64,000 nt of DNA from Verrucomicrobiota bacterium. Lineage in GTDB: Bacteria > Verrucomicrobiota > Verrucomicrobiia > Limisphaerales > UBA11358. The notes beneath the pieces were generated by a model. It searched no databases. It was not told the DNA's origin and saw nothing but the letters and a program-made list of their open reading frames with translations. Positions 19,135-29,151 of this stretch are shown here, piece by piece (the stretch's first letter is position 1; each line of letters opens with the position of its first letter). Made by a program: the position numbers and the translations under genes. Location of the stretch: NCBI GenBank assembly GCA_049522015.1, contig JBEKOG010000028.1:323-64322 (forward strand), given 5' to 3'.

Positions 19135-19251
19135 AATGAAAAAACAAGTCGAGAGCCGAAAGTCGAGAGTCGAGGGCGCAAAATCACGCCTGCATCCCTA
19201 CTTTCGTCACCCGCCACTCGCCACCCGCCACCCGCCACCCGCCACCTGACC

Positions 19252-20280
19252 ATGGTTCGACTTAAAGACATAGCCCGGTATGCGGGCGTCTCGGTGATGA
19301 CGGTCTCGAAGGCGTTGCGCGACGAGCCGGATGTGTCGGCGGCCACGAAGGCGCGCATCAAGTTGCTGGCGCAACAAATGGGTTACGTACCCGACTCTTC
19401 GGCGCAAGGGCTGCGCAACCGGACGACCAAATTATTCGGCCTCGTCATTCCGTCGAGCACGAATCCGATTTTTGCGCGCGTCATTTTCGCCATCGAGGAA
19501 CGCGCGCACGAACTGGGTTACGACATTTTGCTCACGCATACGTACAACCTGCCGGACCGCGAAGAGGTTTGCATCCGGCGGCTGTTGTCGCGGCGCGTGG
19601 ACGGGCTGTTCATTTCGCCGGTGTATCGTTTTGAGGCCGAGGCGCGAATTTATCAGGAGGTGCTCGCACGCCAAATCCCGACGGTTTTAATCGGGCCGCC
19701 CGCGCCATTTTGCAAATCGTTCGTCAGCGTGGAAATTGATGAACAGGGTGCCAGCTACACCGCGACGCAACATTTGCTGAAGCTCGGCCACAAACGCATT
19801 GCCTATCTCACCGGCTCACCCACGGCGCCGTGGGTGCATGAGCGGTTTGAAGGCTACCGCCGCGCGTTGCGCGAAGCCGGATTGGACGTGGACGACAAGC
19901 TGGTTTTTCAGGCCGGCAGCACCATTGAAGATGGCACCAAAGCCGCGCTGCAAATGCTGAATGAATCGTGTGGTGCAACCGCCATTCAAACCGTCAACGA
20001 CCTCGTCGCCATTGGATGCGCGGACGCCTTGTTCTCAAAAGGTTTGCGGATTCCGGAGGACATTTCGCTCGTGGGTTTCGGCAACATCCTGACGGCGGAA
20101 TATTTTCGCGTGCCGCTGACGACCATCCGCCAGCCAAAGTACCGGCTCGGCATGGCCGCCGTGGAAGCGATGATGAATTTGCTGAAGGGCCAGCACCTTG
20201 AAACGAAACGCCTGCCCGCCGAACTTATCGAGCGCAAGAGCACTGCGCCGCCGCGAACGGTTTCCCATCAAACGGGTTGA
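19252..20280 (+). CDS. LacI-family transcriptional regulator
   Basis: N-terminal HTH (LKDIARYAGVSVMTVSKALR) and a periplasmic-binding-protein-like effector domain. Confidence 0.92.
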   Translation: MVRLKDIARYAGVSVMTVSKALRDEPDVSAATKARIKLLAQQMGYVPDSSAQGLRNRTTKLFGLVIPSSTNPIFARVIFAIEERAHELGYDILLTHTYNLPDREEVCIRRLLSRRVDGLFISPVYRFEAEARIYQEVLARQIPTVLIGPPAPFCKSFVSVEIDEQGASYTATQHLLKLGHKRIAYLTGSPTAPWVHERFEGYRRALREAGLDVDDKLVFQAGSTIEDGTKAALQMLNESCGATAIQTVNDLVAIGCADALFSKGLRIPEDISLVGFGNILTAEYFRVPLTTIRQPKYRLGMAAVEAMMNLLKGQHLETKRLPAELIERKSTAPPRTVSHQTG

Positions 20281-20359
20281 AGCGGCTTTGGCATGCTCTG
20301 ACAGACGCACGCCTCAACTCCGAATTTGTTGGTAATGGTGGGGCGGACGAAATCATGCC

Positions 20360-20465
20360 GGGGTGCGCCCGTCCTCGGGCGCAGCAACCAGCTTCATTCG
20401 AGCCACGGAATATTTACCAACCACCTGTCCATCCCACGTTGCTGCGGCCGGGACGGCCGCACTCC
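20360..20465. repeat. 106-nt palindromic element between convergent lacI-family and thpR genes
   Basis: Arm ggggtgcgcccgtcctcgggcgcagcaac (20360-20388) versus gttgctgcggccgggacggccgcactcc (20438-20465). The arms are imperfect reverse complements. Confidence 0.7.
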
Positions 20466-20497
20466 GTTAACACAGAAATTCAACTCAGAGTTCGGGT

Positions 20498-21100
20498 TCA
20501 AACCGCTCCCAGCCGGAACGCCGCGAGCGAAGTGTAACGCGCCCCGACCGGGAACAATTCGCTTCGGATTATTTCAATTTCATCCGCCGTCCATTCGCCG
20601 AACAGCCGCTTTTCGAGCGACTGCGCTCGGGCGGCCAGGTCCCGGGTATCGGCTGGCCTCGGATTTTTCAGGCGGCCCAACGTGACATGGCCCGTGAAAT
20701 TCTTCTCGCCCGGTTCGGGACTGAACTGGCCGACAGCGGTTTCAATCTGCTGCTGCAAACTCACCAGCCGTCCTTCACGATCGTTGATTCCCACCCAGAT
20801 GACCCGGGGCGAGCGGGAATTCGGGAAAAAACCGACGCCCTCGGCGCGCAAGGACAAGGGCCGGGCATTCCGGCAAACGGCACCGGCCGATTTCTTCAAA
20901 TCTTCGACGCCATCCGCTGGAACATCGCCCAGGAACCGGAGCGTGAGATGAAATTGATCCGACCGGGCCCAGCGGGCCACATCGCGCGACACGAGCGGCT
21001 GCAATTCCTGCTGGACGCGGATGATTTCATCCCGGACCGGCTCCGGAATCGGAATCGCAACGAACAATCGGAGCTTTTCCGTTGAACTGTCGCTAGCCAT
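20498..21100 (-). CDS. thpR: RNA 2',3'-cyclic phosphodiesterase (2H phosphoesterase, LigT/ThpR)
   Basis: Two HxTx motifs (HLTLRFLG and HVTLGRL) at the correct spacing. Confidence 0.9.
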   Translation of the reverse strand: MASDSSTEKLRLFVAIPIPEPVRDEIIRVQQELQPLVSRDVARWARSDQFHLTLRFLGDVPADGVEDLKKSAGAVCRNARPLSLRAEGVGFFPNSRSPRVIWVGINDREGRLVSLQQQIETAVGQFSPEPGEKNFTGHVTLGRLKNPRPADTRDLAARAQSLEKRLFGEWTADEIEIIRSELFPVGARYTSLAAFRLGAV

Positions 21101-21153
21101 GGTTCAGCCAATCTGTTGCCCGCATCGCCGGAATTCAAGACCGGATTGTGGCC

Positions 21154-21267
21154 CCTGGGAGCGCCGGCGTCCACCCCCCGCAGTGCTGCTACGGAGGACG
21201 GGTCTCGCCGGCAAATGGACAAGTCCGCCGCAGTGGTACGAGCCGGCGGGACGCCGGCGCTCCCAGG
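21154..21267. repeat. 114-nt palindromic element with perfect 19-bp terminal arms
   Basis: cctgggagcgccggcgtcc (21154-21172) is the exact reverse complement of ggacgccggcgctcccagg (21249-21267). A related 123-nt copy lies inside acnA (61431-61553). Confidence 0.85.
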
Positions 21268-21372
21268 ACACTGCGCTCCCAGCAAGAAACAAGCTGAAGC
21301 TGAAACTCCAACGCCAAACTGACGCCCCGTTTTTTATTCAACACTCAACCCTCAACTTTCAACACTCACCCC
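21241..21372 (+). repeat. Composite direct repeat, copy A (upstream of the ECF sigma gene)
   Basis: Shares agccggcgggacgccggcgctcccagga...caagctgaagctgaaactccaacgcc...ccccgttttttattcaacactcaaccctcaactttcaacactca with copy B at 23831-23937. Confidence 0.85.
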
Positions 21373-21473
21373 ATGTCATTGCCCGCTGAAGAAAATTCTT
21401 TTTCTTTTGTCGCAAAACCGCCACGGACGTCACTATAGAATAACGGTATGAGTTTGCTGGGACTGGGCATTGC

Positions 21474-22028
21474 ATGGATCTAACCGACAAAGAATACGTC
21501 GAGCGTTGCCGCGATGGACATCAGGAGGATTTCCGCGTGCTGGTGGATCGTTATCAGAAACCGCTGTTCGCTTATCTGGCGGGCCGGCTTCGGGATGGAC
21601 TGCAGGTGGAAGAAGCGGCGCAGGAATCGTTTGTCCGGGCCTTCCTGTCCCTAAAGAAGCTTCGGAAGCCGGAGTCGTTTTACTCCTGGCTTCTGGGCAT
21701 CGCTGGACGGGTCGCCAAAGAACAACTGCGCTCGATGAAACATCGCCAGCAGGATTGTGAAGTAACGGAATCCATCATGGCCAACGCCGCCGACCGCCGG
21801 GAAGATTATCCGTTGGAAGAAGCCATCGCTGCCCTGCCCGAATCCTATCGTCAGGTGATATTGCTGCGGTATTACGAGGGGCACTCCTGTCAGGAGATCG
21901 CCACCCGCCTCGACCTGCCGCTGGGCACGGTCACCAAAACGCTTTCGCGCGCCTACGCCCTGCTCCGTCAGGAGCTGGCCGCCCGTGAAAGCGCGGAACC
22001 AACAGTCAACCAAACCGAACTGCCATGA
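21474..22028 (+). CDS. ECF (group IV) RNA polymerase sigma factor
   Basis: Region 2 (FRVLVDRYQKPLFAYL) and region 4 HTH (SCQEIATRLDLPLGTVKT-like). Confidence 0.92.
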   Translation: MDLTDKEYVERCRDGHQEDFRVLVDRYQKPLFAYLAGRLRDGLQVEEAAQESFVRAFLSLKKLRKPESFYSWLLGIAGRVAKEQLRSMKHRQQDCEVTESIMANAADRREDYPLEEAIAALPESYRQVILLRYYEGHSCQEIATRLDLPLGTVTKTLSRAYALLRQELAARESAEPTVNQTELP

Positions 22029-23746
22029 ACTGCGCTGAATGCCGGGAAAACCTGGTCGCCTGCGTGGAGGGATTGCTCGACCGTGAGGAATCGCTCCAGT
22101 GTCAGGCACACCTTGAAACCTGCGCGGCCTGCCGGGCCGAGCACGCGGCCATCACCCGCCTGCAACGGCAACTGGTGGCCCGCGGTCAAACGACCGCTGA
22201 GGTGTCACTGGTCGAGCCGGTGATGCGGCGAGTTCTCCAAGAACAGAAAAAAACGGAAAGAGAAACAATTATGAGCACAATATTGAAACATCGTTGGGGA
22301 TTCGGGTTGGGCACCGCCGCAGGCGCGGCGGCAATCATTTTAATCGCTCTCCTGACTTTGCCAAAAACACAAGCCACCGCTGCAGAAGCCATCGCGGCGA
22401 TGACCAAAGGCGCCCAAGCGGTGGCCCAACTCACCAGCATCCATCTGCGCGGCCAGTTGCGCACTGCGCCGCAGGACAATTTCAGCTACATCAATGCCGA
22501 TTGTCCGTTTTATACCATCGAACTTTGGAAACAGTTCGAGCCGGAACTCAAGTGGCGGGTCGAGAAACCCAAGCGCGTCGTCGTCATGGATGGCAAGTCA
22601 ACCGTGATGCTGATAAAAACTGACGACACCGGAGTGAAGTTTCCGCAACGCACCACCAGCGCTTTTGACACCGAGTGGCTGCATCGGATTGCCAACTTGA
22701 GCAATACCATCAGCAACGAACTCGACAACGCCCGTGCCAAAGGCTGGAAACTTAGTCTCACCGAAGAAACCCGTGCGGATGGCAAGTTAAAATCCGTCGT
22801 CACCGTTCTGGCCAAATCCGGCGTGCCGGACAATGACTATTGCAAAAACACATTCATGGAAAATGCCGACACCCGCCGGGTCTATCGCTTCGACGCGCAG
22901 AGCAAATTGCTGGAGTCGGTGCAGATTTATCTGACCCGCCCGTCGGGCGAGGTGCAAATTTTTGACCTCAGCCAGATTGACTACAACCAGCCGATAGATT
23001 CAGGCGTATGGAAACTGGAGTTGCCGGCGGACGTGAGTTGGGCGCAATTGCCGGAACAGTTGTCCAAATTGCCCGACAACGAAAAATACGCTTCCATGAC
23101 TGCGCAACAGGCGGCTCGCGCTTTCTTCGAGGCTTGCGGCCGCGAGGATTGGAATGAAGCCGGAAAATTCATGTCGCCCATCAATGACCGCTTGAAAGAA
23201 TATCTTGGCGGTGTGAAAATCATCAACCTGGGCGAGCCCTTTACTTCCAAGGATTATCCCGGCCAGTTTGTGCCTTACGAAATCAAACTTCAACCGCAGG
23301 AGTTTAATGTGCGGGTGTCCAACGCCAACGCGGCGAAACGGTGCGTGGTAATGGGAATGTATGACAACAAACTGCGGCTGCAGCAGGATTTTAAATGGTC
23401 CACCGAGCCGGAAGTCCTGACCAACAACGATGCCTATGCCCGGCTGACGCCCACGGAAGTGGTGCAGGCCTACTTCGACGCCCAGTCAAAATTGGACTGG
23501 GTCGAAATGCACAAGTTCACCTCGGAATCCGACGTCAAGGAAACCAAAAACCAAGTTGAGGCGGCAGAGAAGCAGGGCATGGACGTGCATAAATTGATGC
23601 CGGTCATGGAGGCAGGTGAAGCCACTTGGTCGGCGGAACAATCTGCTTGGTTTGTGAAGTGCCACGCTGTGCAAGTTAAGAAATGGAACATAGCCGTGAG
23701 AAAGGATAATCCGGCTGGCCGCTGGCAGGTGGATGGCGGACTCTGA
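22025..23746 (+). CDS. Anti-sigma factor: zf-HC2 N-terminus, one TM helix, large extracytoplasmic domain
   Basis: MNCAECRENLVACVEGLLD...HLETCAACRAE is a zf-HC2 motif. TM helix GLGTAAGAAAIILIALLTL. ATGA overlap with the sigma gene. Confidence 0.85.
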   Translation: MNCAECRENLVACVEGLLDREESLQCQAHLETCAACRAEHAAITRLQRQLVARGQTTAEVSLVEPVMRRVLQEQKKTERETIMSTILKHRWGFGLGTAAGAAAIILIALLTLPKTQATAAEAIAAMTKGAQAVAQLTSIHLRGQLRTAPQDNFSYINADCPFYTIELWKQFEPELKWRVEKPKRVVVMDGKSTVMLIKTDDTGVKFPQRTTSAFDTEWLHRIANLSNTISNELDNARAKGWKLSLTEETRADGKLKSVVTVLAKSGVPDNDYCKNTFMENADTRRVYRFDAQSKLLESVQIYLTRPSGEVQIFDLSQIDYNQPIDSGVWKLELPADVSWAQLPEQLSKLPDNEKYASMTAQQAARAFFEACGREDWNEAGKFMSPINDRLKEYLGGVKIINLGEPFTSKDYPGQFVPYEIKLQPQEFNVRVSNANAAKRCVVMGMYDNKLRLQQDFKWSTEPEVLTNNDAYARLTPTEVVQAYFDAQSKLDWVEMHKFTSESDVKETKNQVEAAEKQGMDVHKLMPVMEAGEATWSAEQSAWFVKCHAVQVKKWNIAVRKDNPAGRWQVDGGL

Positions 23747-23787
23747 CCTGCCAGATTCACCAGCAGTTCAAGTTTGCAGCATCAGGG

Positions 23788-23815
23788 CGGAACTCGTGAG
23801 GGTTCCGCTTTTTTG
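23788..23815 (+). terminator. Rho-independent terminator after the anti-sigma gene
   Basis: gcggaac-tcgtgagg-gttccgc followed by tttttt. Confidence 0.7.
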
Positions 23816-23830
23816 TACACTTAGACCAAG

Positions 23831-23937
23831 AGCCGGCGGGACGCCCGGCGCTCCCAGGAAAAATCAAGCTGAAGCTTGAACTCCAACGCCCCGTTTTTTA
23901 TTCGACACTCAACGCTCAACTCTCAACACTCAACGCC
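23831..23937 (+). repeat. Composite direct repeat, copy B (abuts the start codon of the PHP phosphatase gene)
   Basis: Same blocks as copy A at 21241-21372, with two short deletions. It ends at ...ctcaacactcaacgcc immediately before the ATG at 23938. Confidence 0.85.
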
Positions 23938-24738
23938 ATGCAATGGCCTGCCGATTACCACATGCACACGCCGCTTTGCCGGCACGCGACCGGCGAGCCG
24001 GGCGAATATGCCAAACACGCGCTGGCCGCCGGCTTCACGGAAATCGGTTTCTCCGACCACTCGCCGATGCCGCGCGACGATTTCGACGACTGGCGGATGC
24101 GCGCCGATCAACTGGACGAATACATCGCCAAAGTCTGCCAGGCGCAAAAGGATTTTCCGAACCTGACCATCCGCCTCGCGCTGGAAGTGGATTATCTGCC
24201 CGGGTACGAGGACTGGATTCGCGGACTCACGGCGCGCCAACCGTGGGATTATCTCATCGGTTCGGTCCACTACGTTTCCGACGATTGGGTCGTGGATAAT
24301 CCGCGCGAACTTTCCAAATGGAAAAATCACGACCCGTTCGAGGTTTGGTCAACTTACTTCGAGCGGCTTACCCGGGCCGCGGAAACCGGCTTCTTTGAAA
24401 TCATCGGCCACGCGGACTTGCCGAAAAAATTCGGCCACCGGCCGGATCGTGACTGCGCGCCGCTTTACGAAAAATTTCTGGACGCGGCCAAAAAGAACAA
24501 TTGCGCCATCGAACTCAACACCGCCGGGTTGCGAAAGGACTGCAAAGAAATTTATCCGAACCGCGAAATCCTCCAGCTCGCGTTTCAAAAAGGTGTGCCC
24601 ATCACGTTTGGCTCGGACGCCCACGCGCCGGAGGAAGTGGGGATGAATTTTGCCGAAGCCATCCAGCTCGCACGCTCTGTCGGCTACAGGGAAAGCTGCC
24701 GGTTCATACAGCGAAAACGTCAAGTGGTTAAATTTTGA
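23938..24738 (+). CDS. PHP-domain histidinol-phosphatase (HisJ family)
   Basis: DYHMHTPLCRHA, GFSDHSP, EVDY, IGSVHY, GHADL and the C-terminal GSDAH metal-ligand pattern of HisJ-type PHP phosphatases. Confidence 0.85.
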   Translation: MQWPADYHMHTPLCRHATGEPGEYAKHALAAGFTEIGFSDHSPMPRDDFDDWRMRADQLDEYIAKVCQAQKDFPNLTIRLALEVDYLPGYEDWIRGLTARQPWDYLIGSVHYVSDDWVVDNPRELSKWKNHDPFEVWSTYFERLTRAAETGFFEIIGHADLPKKFGHRPDRDCAPLYEKFLDAAKKNNCAIELNTAGLRKDCKEIYPNREILQLAFQKGVPITFGSDAHAPEEVGMNFAEAIQLARSVGYRESCRFIQRKRQVVKF

Positions 24739-24756
24739 TTTCAGACCTTTCGGGTT

Positions 24757-26889
24757 ATGCTCACGGCCAAACTGACAAAAAACCAGCTCACCGCCCTCAT
24801 CTGCCTGGCGCTTGCCCTGGTTACAACCGCGCTCTACTGGCCGATTACTCATCACGATTTTGTCAACTTCGATGACGACGATTACATTACCAACAATTCC
24901 CACGTTCAGGCCGGGCTGACCTGGGCCGGGGTGATCTGGGCTTTCCAAACCGGAGCCGCCGCCAACTGGCATCCGTTGACGTGGCTTTCGCACATGCTGG
25001 ATTGCCAGTTGTATGGTTTGAATCCCGGCGGCCATCACTCGACCAATCTGCTTTTTCACGCCGCCAACACTTTGCTGCTGTTCCTTTGGTTGAGGCAAAT
25101 CACCGGAGCCTTGTGGCGGAGCGCTTTCGTGGCGGCCTTGTTCGCCTGGCATCCCTTGCACGTCGAATCAGTGGCGTGGGCGGCTGAACGCAAGGATGTG
25201 TTGAGCGCGTTCTTCTGGATGTTGACATTGATGGCCTACACACGATATGTGACAAGTGACCAGCCTTCGCCACGCTTCGGCACGGCAGGCAAGTGGCGAG
25301 TGACACGAACCGCTTCCTTCTTGTCACGTGTCACATGTCACGTGTCACCTTATTACTGCCTCGCGCTTTTTTTCTTTGCCTGCGGACTGATGTCCAAGCC
25401 GATGGTGGTGACGCTGCCGTTTGTGCTGTTGCTGATTGATTTCTGGCCGCTGAACCGTTTCTCCAGTTTCCAGTTCCAAGTTTCCAGTTCTGAAAAACTC
25501 TCAACTCCGATAAATCGCGAGCAGGCCCTCGACCCTCAACTGCACCCCGAATGCCTTCGGGGCTCAACCAAATCAGCCTTCGGGCTGATTTGTGAGAAAC
25601 TGCCTTTCTTCGCGCTCACAGTGGCAGCCAGCGTTGTGACATATCTTGTGCAAACTTCGGGCCGGGCGCTTTGGTCGTCGGCTGAATTGCCCTTTTCTTC
25701 CCGTGTAGCAAACGCTTTGTGGGCCTACGAGCGTTACATCTCCAAAACATTTTGGCCGGCTGATCTCTCAATTTTTTATCCGCATCCGTATCATTGGCCG
25801 GCCGGTTTGGCGATTGGCGCGGCATTATTGCTGGCCCTGTGGTCGGGGTTGTCCATCTGGCGCGCGCGCCAAAATCCGTATTTGCTCGTTGGCTGGTTCT
25901 GGTTTTTGGGAACGCTCATCCCCACCATCGGCCTGGTGCAGGTCGGCTCGCAATCCATGGCCGACCGTTACATGTATATTCCCAGCGTCGGCCTGTTCAT
26001 TCTGGTGGTGTGGGGCTTAAACGATTTTTTGAACTGGCGTCCCCACTGGCGGCGAATTACGACGTTGGCCGGGGGCGTGGCGCTGGCGGGTTGTTTGGTG
26101 GGCACTGAAATTCAACTGAGTTACTGGCAGAACAGCATAAAACTCTTCCGACATGCCATTGAAGTGACAACCGATAATTTCGTCGCCTACACCTGCCTGG
26201 GCGAAACCCTCAGTGATTTGGGCCTGAAAAAGGAGGCCATGATGCTTTGTGCTGAAGCGGTGAAAATTTCGCCGAACAGCCCGGTGACACAATATAATTT
26301 CGGCATGGCTTTGTTGCAAAACGACAGGCGGGACGAAGCTCTGGCACATCTTGACGCTGCCGGGCGGCTGGCCCCTCACAATTCCGAGATTCAATACAAT
26401 CTTGGCCTGTTTTTGGTGCTGCACAACAAACCGGATGAAGCCACGGGTCATTTCACCGCCGCTCTCGTTGAAAGGCCGGAGTTCGCGGAGGCGCATTACC
26501 ACCTGGCGCAGGCTTTGTCCCAACAACACAAATCAAAGGAAACCATTTTTCATTACCGCGAGGCGTTGCGTCTCAAGCCGGACTTTGCTGACGCGCTCAA
26601 CGAACTTGCATGGATTCTCTCCACCGCTCCCGACTCCGGACTCCGCTCCGGCACGGAAGCCGTTCAACTGGCCAAACGCGCCTGTGAACTGACCCAAAAT
26701 CGGCAGGCGGCTTTTCTCACCACGCTCTCCGCCGCCTATGCGGAAACCGGCCGGTTCCCAGACGCCATTGCCACCGCGCAAATAGCCGGCAAACTTGCCC
26801 AAACCGCCGGGCAGAAGAAAATCGCCGCCCAAGACGGGGAATTGCTGAACCTGTATCAGGCGGGACATCCTTTTCGGGAAACGCATTGA
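24757..26889 (+). CDS. TMTC/PMT-like membrane glycosyltransferase fused to C-terminal TPR repeats (paralog 1)
   Basis: N-terminal FVNFDDDDYITNN, multiple TM helices, and a C-terminal TPR array (AHYHLAQAL..., FADALNELAWIL). Very similar to 26918..29110. Confidence 0.85.
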   Translation: MLTAKLTKNQLTALICLALALVTTALYWPITHHDFVNFDDDDYITNNSHVQAGLTWAGVIWAFQTGAAANWHPLTWLSHMLDCQLYGLNPGGHHSTNLLFHAANTLLLFLWLRQITGALWRSAFVAALFAWHPLHVESVAWAAERKDVLSAFFWMLTLMAYTRYVTSDQPSPRFGTAGKWRVTRTASFLSRVTCHVSPYYCLALFFFACGLMSKPMVVTLPFVLLLIDFWPLNRFSSFQFQVSSSEKLSTPINREQALDPQLHPECLRGSTKSAFGLICEKLPFFALTVAASVVTYLVQTSGRALWSSAELPFSSRVANALWAYERYISKTFWPADLSIFYPHPYHWPAGLAIGAALLLALWSGLSIWRARQNPYLLVGWFWFLGTLIPTIGLVQVGSQSMADRYMYIPSVGLFILVVWGLNDFLNWRPHWRRITTLAGGVALAGCLVGTEIQLSYWQNSIKLFRHAIEVTTDNFVAYTCLGETLSDLGLKKEAMMLCAEAVKISPNSPVTQYNFGMALLQNDRRDEALAHLDAAGRLAPHNSEIQYNLGLFLVLHNKPDEATGHFTAALVERPEFAEAHYHLAQALSQQHKSKETIFHYREALRLKPDFADALNELAWILSTAPDSGLRSGTEAVQLAKRACELTQNRQAAFLTTLSAAYAETGRFPDAIATAQIAGKLAQTAGQKKIAAQDGELLNLYQAGHPFRETH

Positions 26890-26917
26890 TTTTTAAAAGA
26901 CTGCTCACCTGTTAATC

Positions 26918-29110
26918 ATGTCCACAGCCAGACCAACAAGGAACCAGCTTTTTGCGGTTATCTGTCTCATGCTCGCCCTTGTGACATTGGTCGTATATTG
27001 GCCGATTACCCGCCACAACTTCACCAATTTCGATGACGACGGCTACATCACGGGAAATCCGCACGTCAATTCAGGGTTGAGTTGGCCGAACATCCTGTGG
27101 AGTTTCGAACACATTAACGCCGGTTATTGGATTCCGTTGACGTGGATCTCGCACATGGTGGACTGCCAACTGTATGGCTTGAACCCCGGCGGCCATCATT
27201 TGACGAATCTGCTCTTTCACCTCACCAATACTTTGCTGCTGTTCCTGCTGTTGAATGAACTGACCGGCGCCTTGTGGCGCAGCGCTTTCGTGGCGGCGTT
27301 GTTTGCCTGGCATCCGCTGCACGTCGAGTCGGTCGCTTGGGCCTGCGAGCGCAAGGATGTGTTGAGCGCATTTTTCTGGATGCTGACGTTGCTGGCGTAC
27401 GCGCGCTACGTGCGGTGCGTGACCAGTGGCACGTGTCAAGTGACACGAACGGACTCTGCTTCGTCACCCGTCACTCGCCACCCGTCACTTTACTACTTCC
27501 TCGCGCTGTTATTCTTCGCGTGCGGTTTGATGTCCAAGCCGATGGTGGTGACATTGCCATTCGTTTTGTTGCTGCTGGATTTCTGGCCGTTGGAGCGGTT
27601 CAGCGTTCAGCGTTCAGAGGTCAGCGTTCAAAATATGGCACGGTTAATTTTAGAAAAAATTCCGTTCTTCACTTTGGCGGCGGCAGGAAGCGGCGTCGCC
27701 TTTTTTACTCAAAAGGTGGGCGGCGCGGTTTCAGCCGACACATTTTCGCTTCGGCTGGCGAACGTGCTTTGGGCGTATGTGCGTTACATTTCCAAAATTT
27801 TTTGGCCGGTGGATTTGGCCGTCATTTATCCATTTCCGAGCCAGGGGCTTGTCGCTCTGGCCATTGTCGCGGCGCTGTTGCTGGCAATGTGTTCGGGCGC
27901 GTTTATTTTTATAGCGCGCCGCCGGCCTTATTTGTTGGCCGGCTGGTTTTGGTTTTTGGGAACGCTGGTGCCGGCCATCGGCATTGTCCAGGTGGGGTCG
28001 CAATCCATGGCCGACCGTTTTACTTATGTTCCAAGCATCGGGCTTTTTATCCTTGTCGTTTGGAGTGTGAATGACATTTTGATTTCGACTCCGCACAAAC
28101 AAAAAATCGCGGCGCTGCTTGGAACAGCCGCGCTGGTGGGTTGTCTCGCCATAACGTCAATTCAAATAAAATACTGGCGCAGCAGCATCACGCTTTTCCG
28201 CCACGCGCTCGCGGTGACAAGGGATAATTACATCGCCTGCGCCTGTCTCGGCCAGGCGTTGGATGCCATTGGCCAGGAGGATGAAGCTTTGACTCTTTGC
28301 ACCAACGCGGTGCGGATTAAGCCAAACTATCCACCCGGACAATTTTTTCTCGGCATGGTTTTGTTGAAGAAAGGCAAATCCGAGGAAGCGCTCAGTCACC
28401 TGAGCGCCGCGGCCCGGCTCGCGCCGTTTGACACAACGATGCACTATAATTTCGGCAAGGTTTTACTGGATTTCGACCGGCCGCAGGAAGCCGCCGCCTG
28501 TTTTATTACCACTCTCGACAACAACCCGGATTTTCCAGCGGCGCACAACGGTTTGGGGAAGGCTTATTGGAAGCAAGGCAAATTGGACCAGGCCACCAAC
28601 CAGCTTTCCCAGGCCGTGACGCTTGAACCTGACAATCCGCAATTTCATTATGATTTCGGGACCGTTTTGCTCGCAAACTCAAACGTGGACGAAGCCATCG
28701 CTCAATTTTCCGAAGCCTTGCGGCTGAAACCGGATTTTGCGGATGCGCACGGCAATCTGGCTGTAGCTTTCATCAGACAGGGCAGAGCCAGGGAGGCTCT
28801 CATCCATTTTTCCGAAGCGGTTCGACTGCAACCAAACGATCCAGATAGGCGCTTTAACCTTGGCCTCGCCCGGCTCGACAACCATCAGCCAGCCGAGGCC
28901 GCCTTCCAATTTTCCGAAGAACTCCGGCTCACGCCAAACGAAACCAAGGCGCACTACCGTCTCGCGCAGGCGCTGCAACAGCAAAACAAACTGGCCGGCG
29001 CCGTCGAGCATTACCGCGAAGCGCTGCGGCTCACACCGGAATTCCCCGAAGCAAAAGCCGCGCTCGACCAAATCCTTTCCACCAATCCGAATCTGAAAGC
29101 CGAACCTTGA
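26918..29110 (+). CDS. TMTC/PMT-like membrane glycosyltransferase fused to C-terminal TPR repeats (paralog 2)
   Basis: Collinear with paralog 1 (FTNFDDDGYITGN; LYGLNPGGHHLTNLLFH; LFAWHPLHVESVAW; GTLVPAIGIVQVGSQSMADRF). Longer TPR array. Confidence 0.85.
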   Translation: MSTARPTRNQLFAVICLMLALVTLVVYWPITRHNFTNFDDDGYITGNPHVNSGLSWPNILWSFEHINAGYWIPLTWISHMVDCQLYGLNPGGHHLTNLLFHLTNTLLLFLLLNELTGALWRSAFVAALFAWHPLHVESVAWACERKDVLSAFFWMLTLLAYARYVRCVTSGTCQVTRTDSASSPVTRHPSLYYFLALLFFACGLMSKPMVVTLPFVLLLLDFWPLERFSVQRSEVSVQNMARLILEKIPFFTLAAAGSGVAFFTQKVGGAVSADTFSLRLANVLWAYVRYISKIFWPVDLAVIYPFPSQGLVALAIVAALLLAMCSGAFIFIARRRPYLLAGWFWFLGTLVPAIGIVQVGSQSMADRFTYVPSIGLFILVVWSVNDILISTPHKQKIAALLGTAALVGCLAITSIQIKYWRSSITLFRHALAVTRDNYIACACLGQALDAIGQEDEALTLCTNAVRIKPNYPPGQFFLGMVLLKKGKSEEALSHLSAAARLAPFDTTMHYNFGKVLLDFDRPQEAAACFITTLDNNPDFPAAHNGLGKAYWKQGKLDQATNQLSQAVTLEPDNPQFHYDFGTVLLANSNVDEAIAQFSEALRLKPDFADAHGNLAVAFIRQGRAREALIHFSEAVRLQPNDPDRRFNLGLARLDNHQPAEAAFQFSEELRLTPNETKAHYRLAQALQQQNKLAGAVEHYREALRLTPEFPEAKAALDQILSTNPNLKAEP

Positions 29111-29151
29111 ACCGCTCGACACCGTGGGTTGTTTTTGGAAGACTCCCGCCG

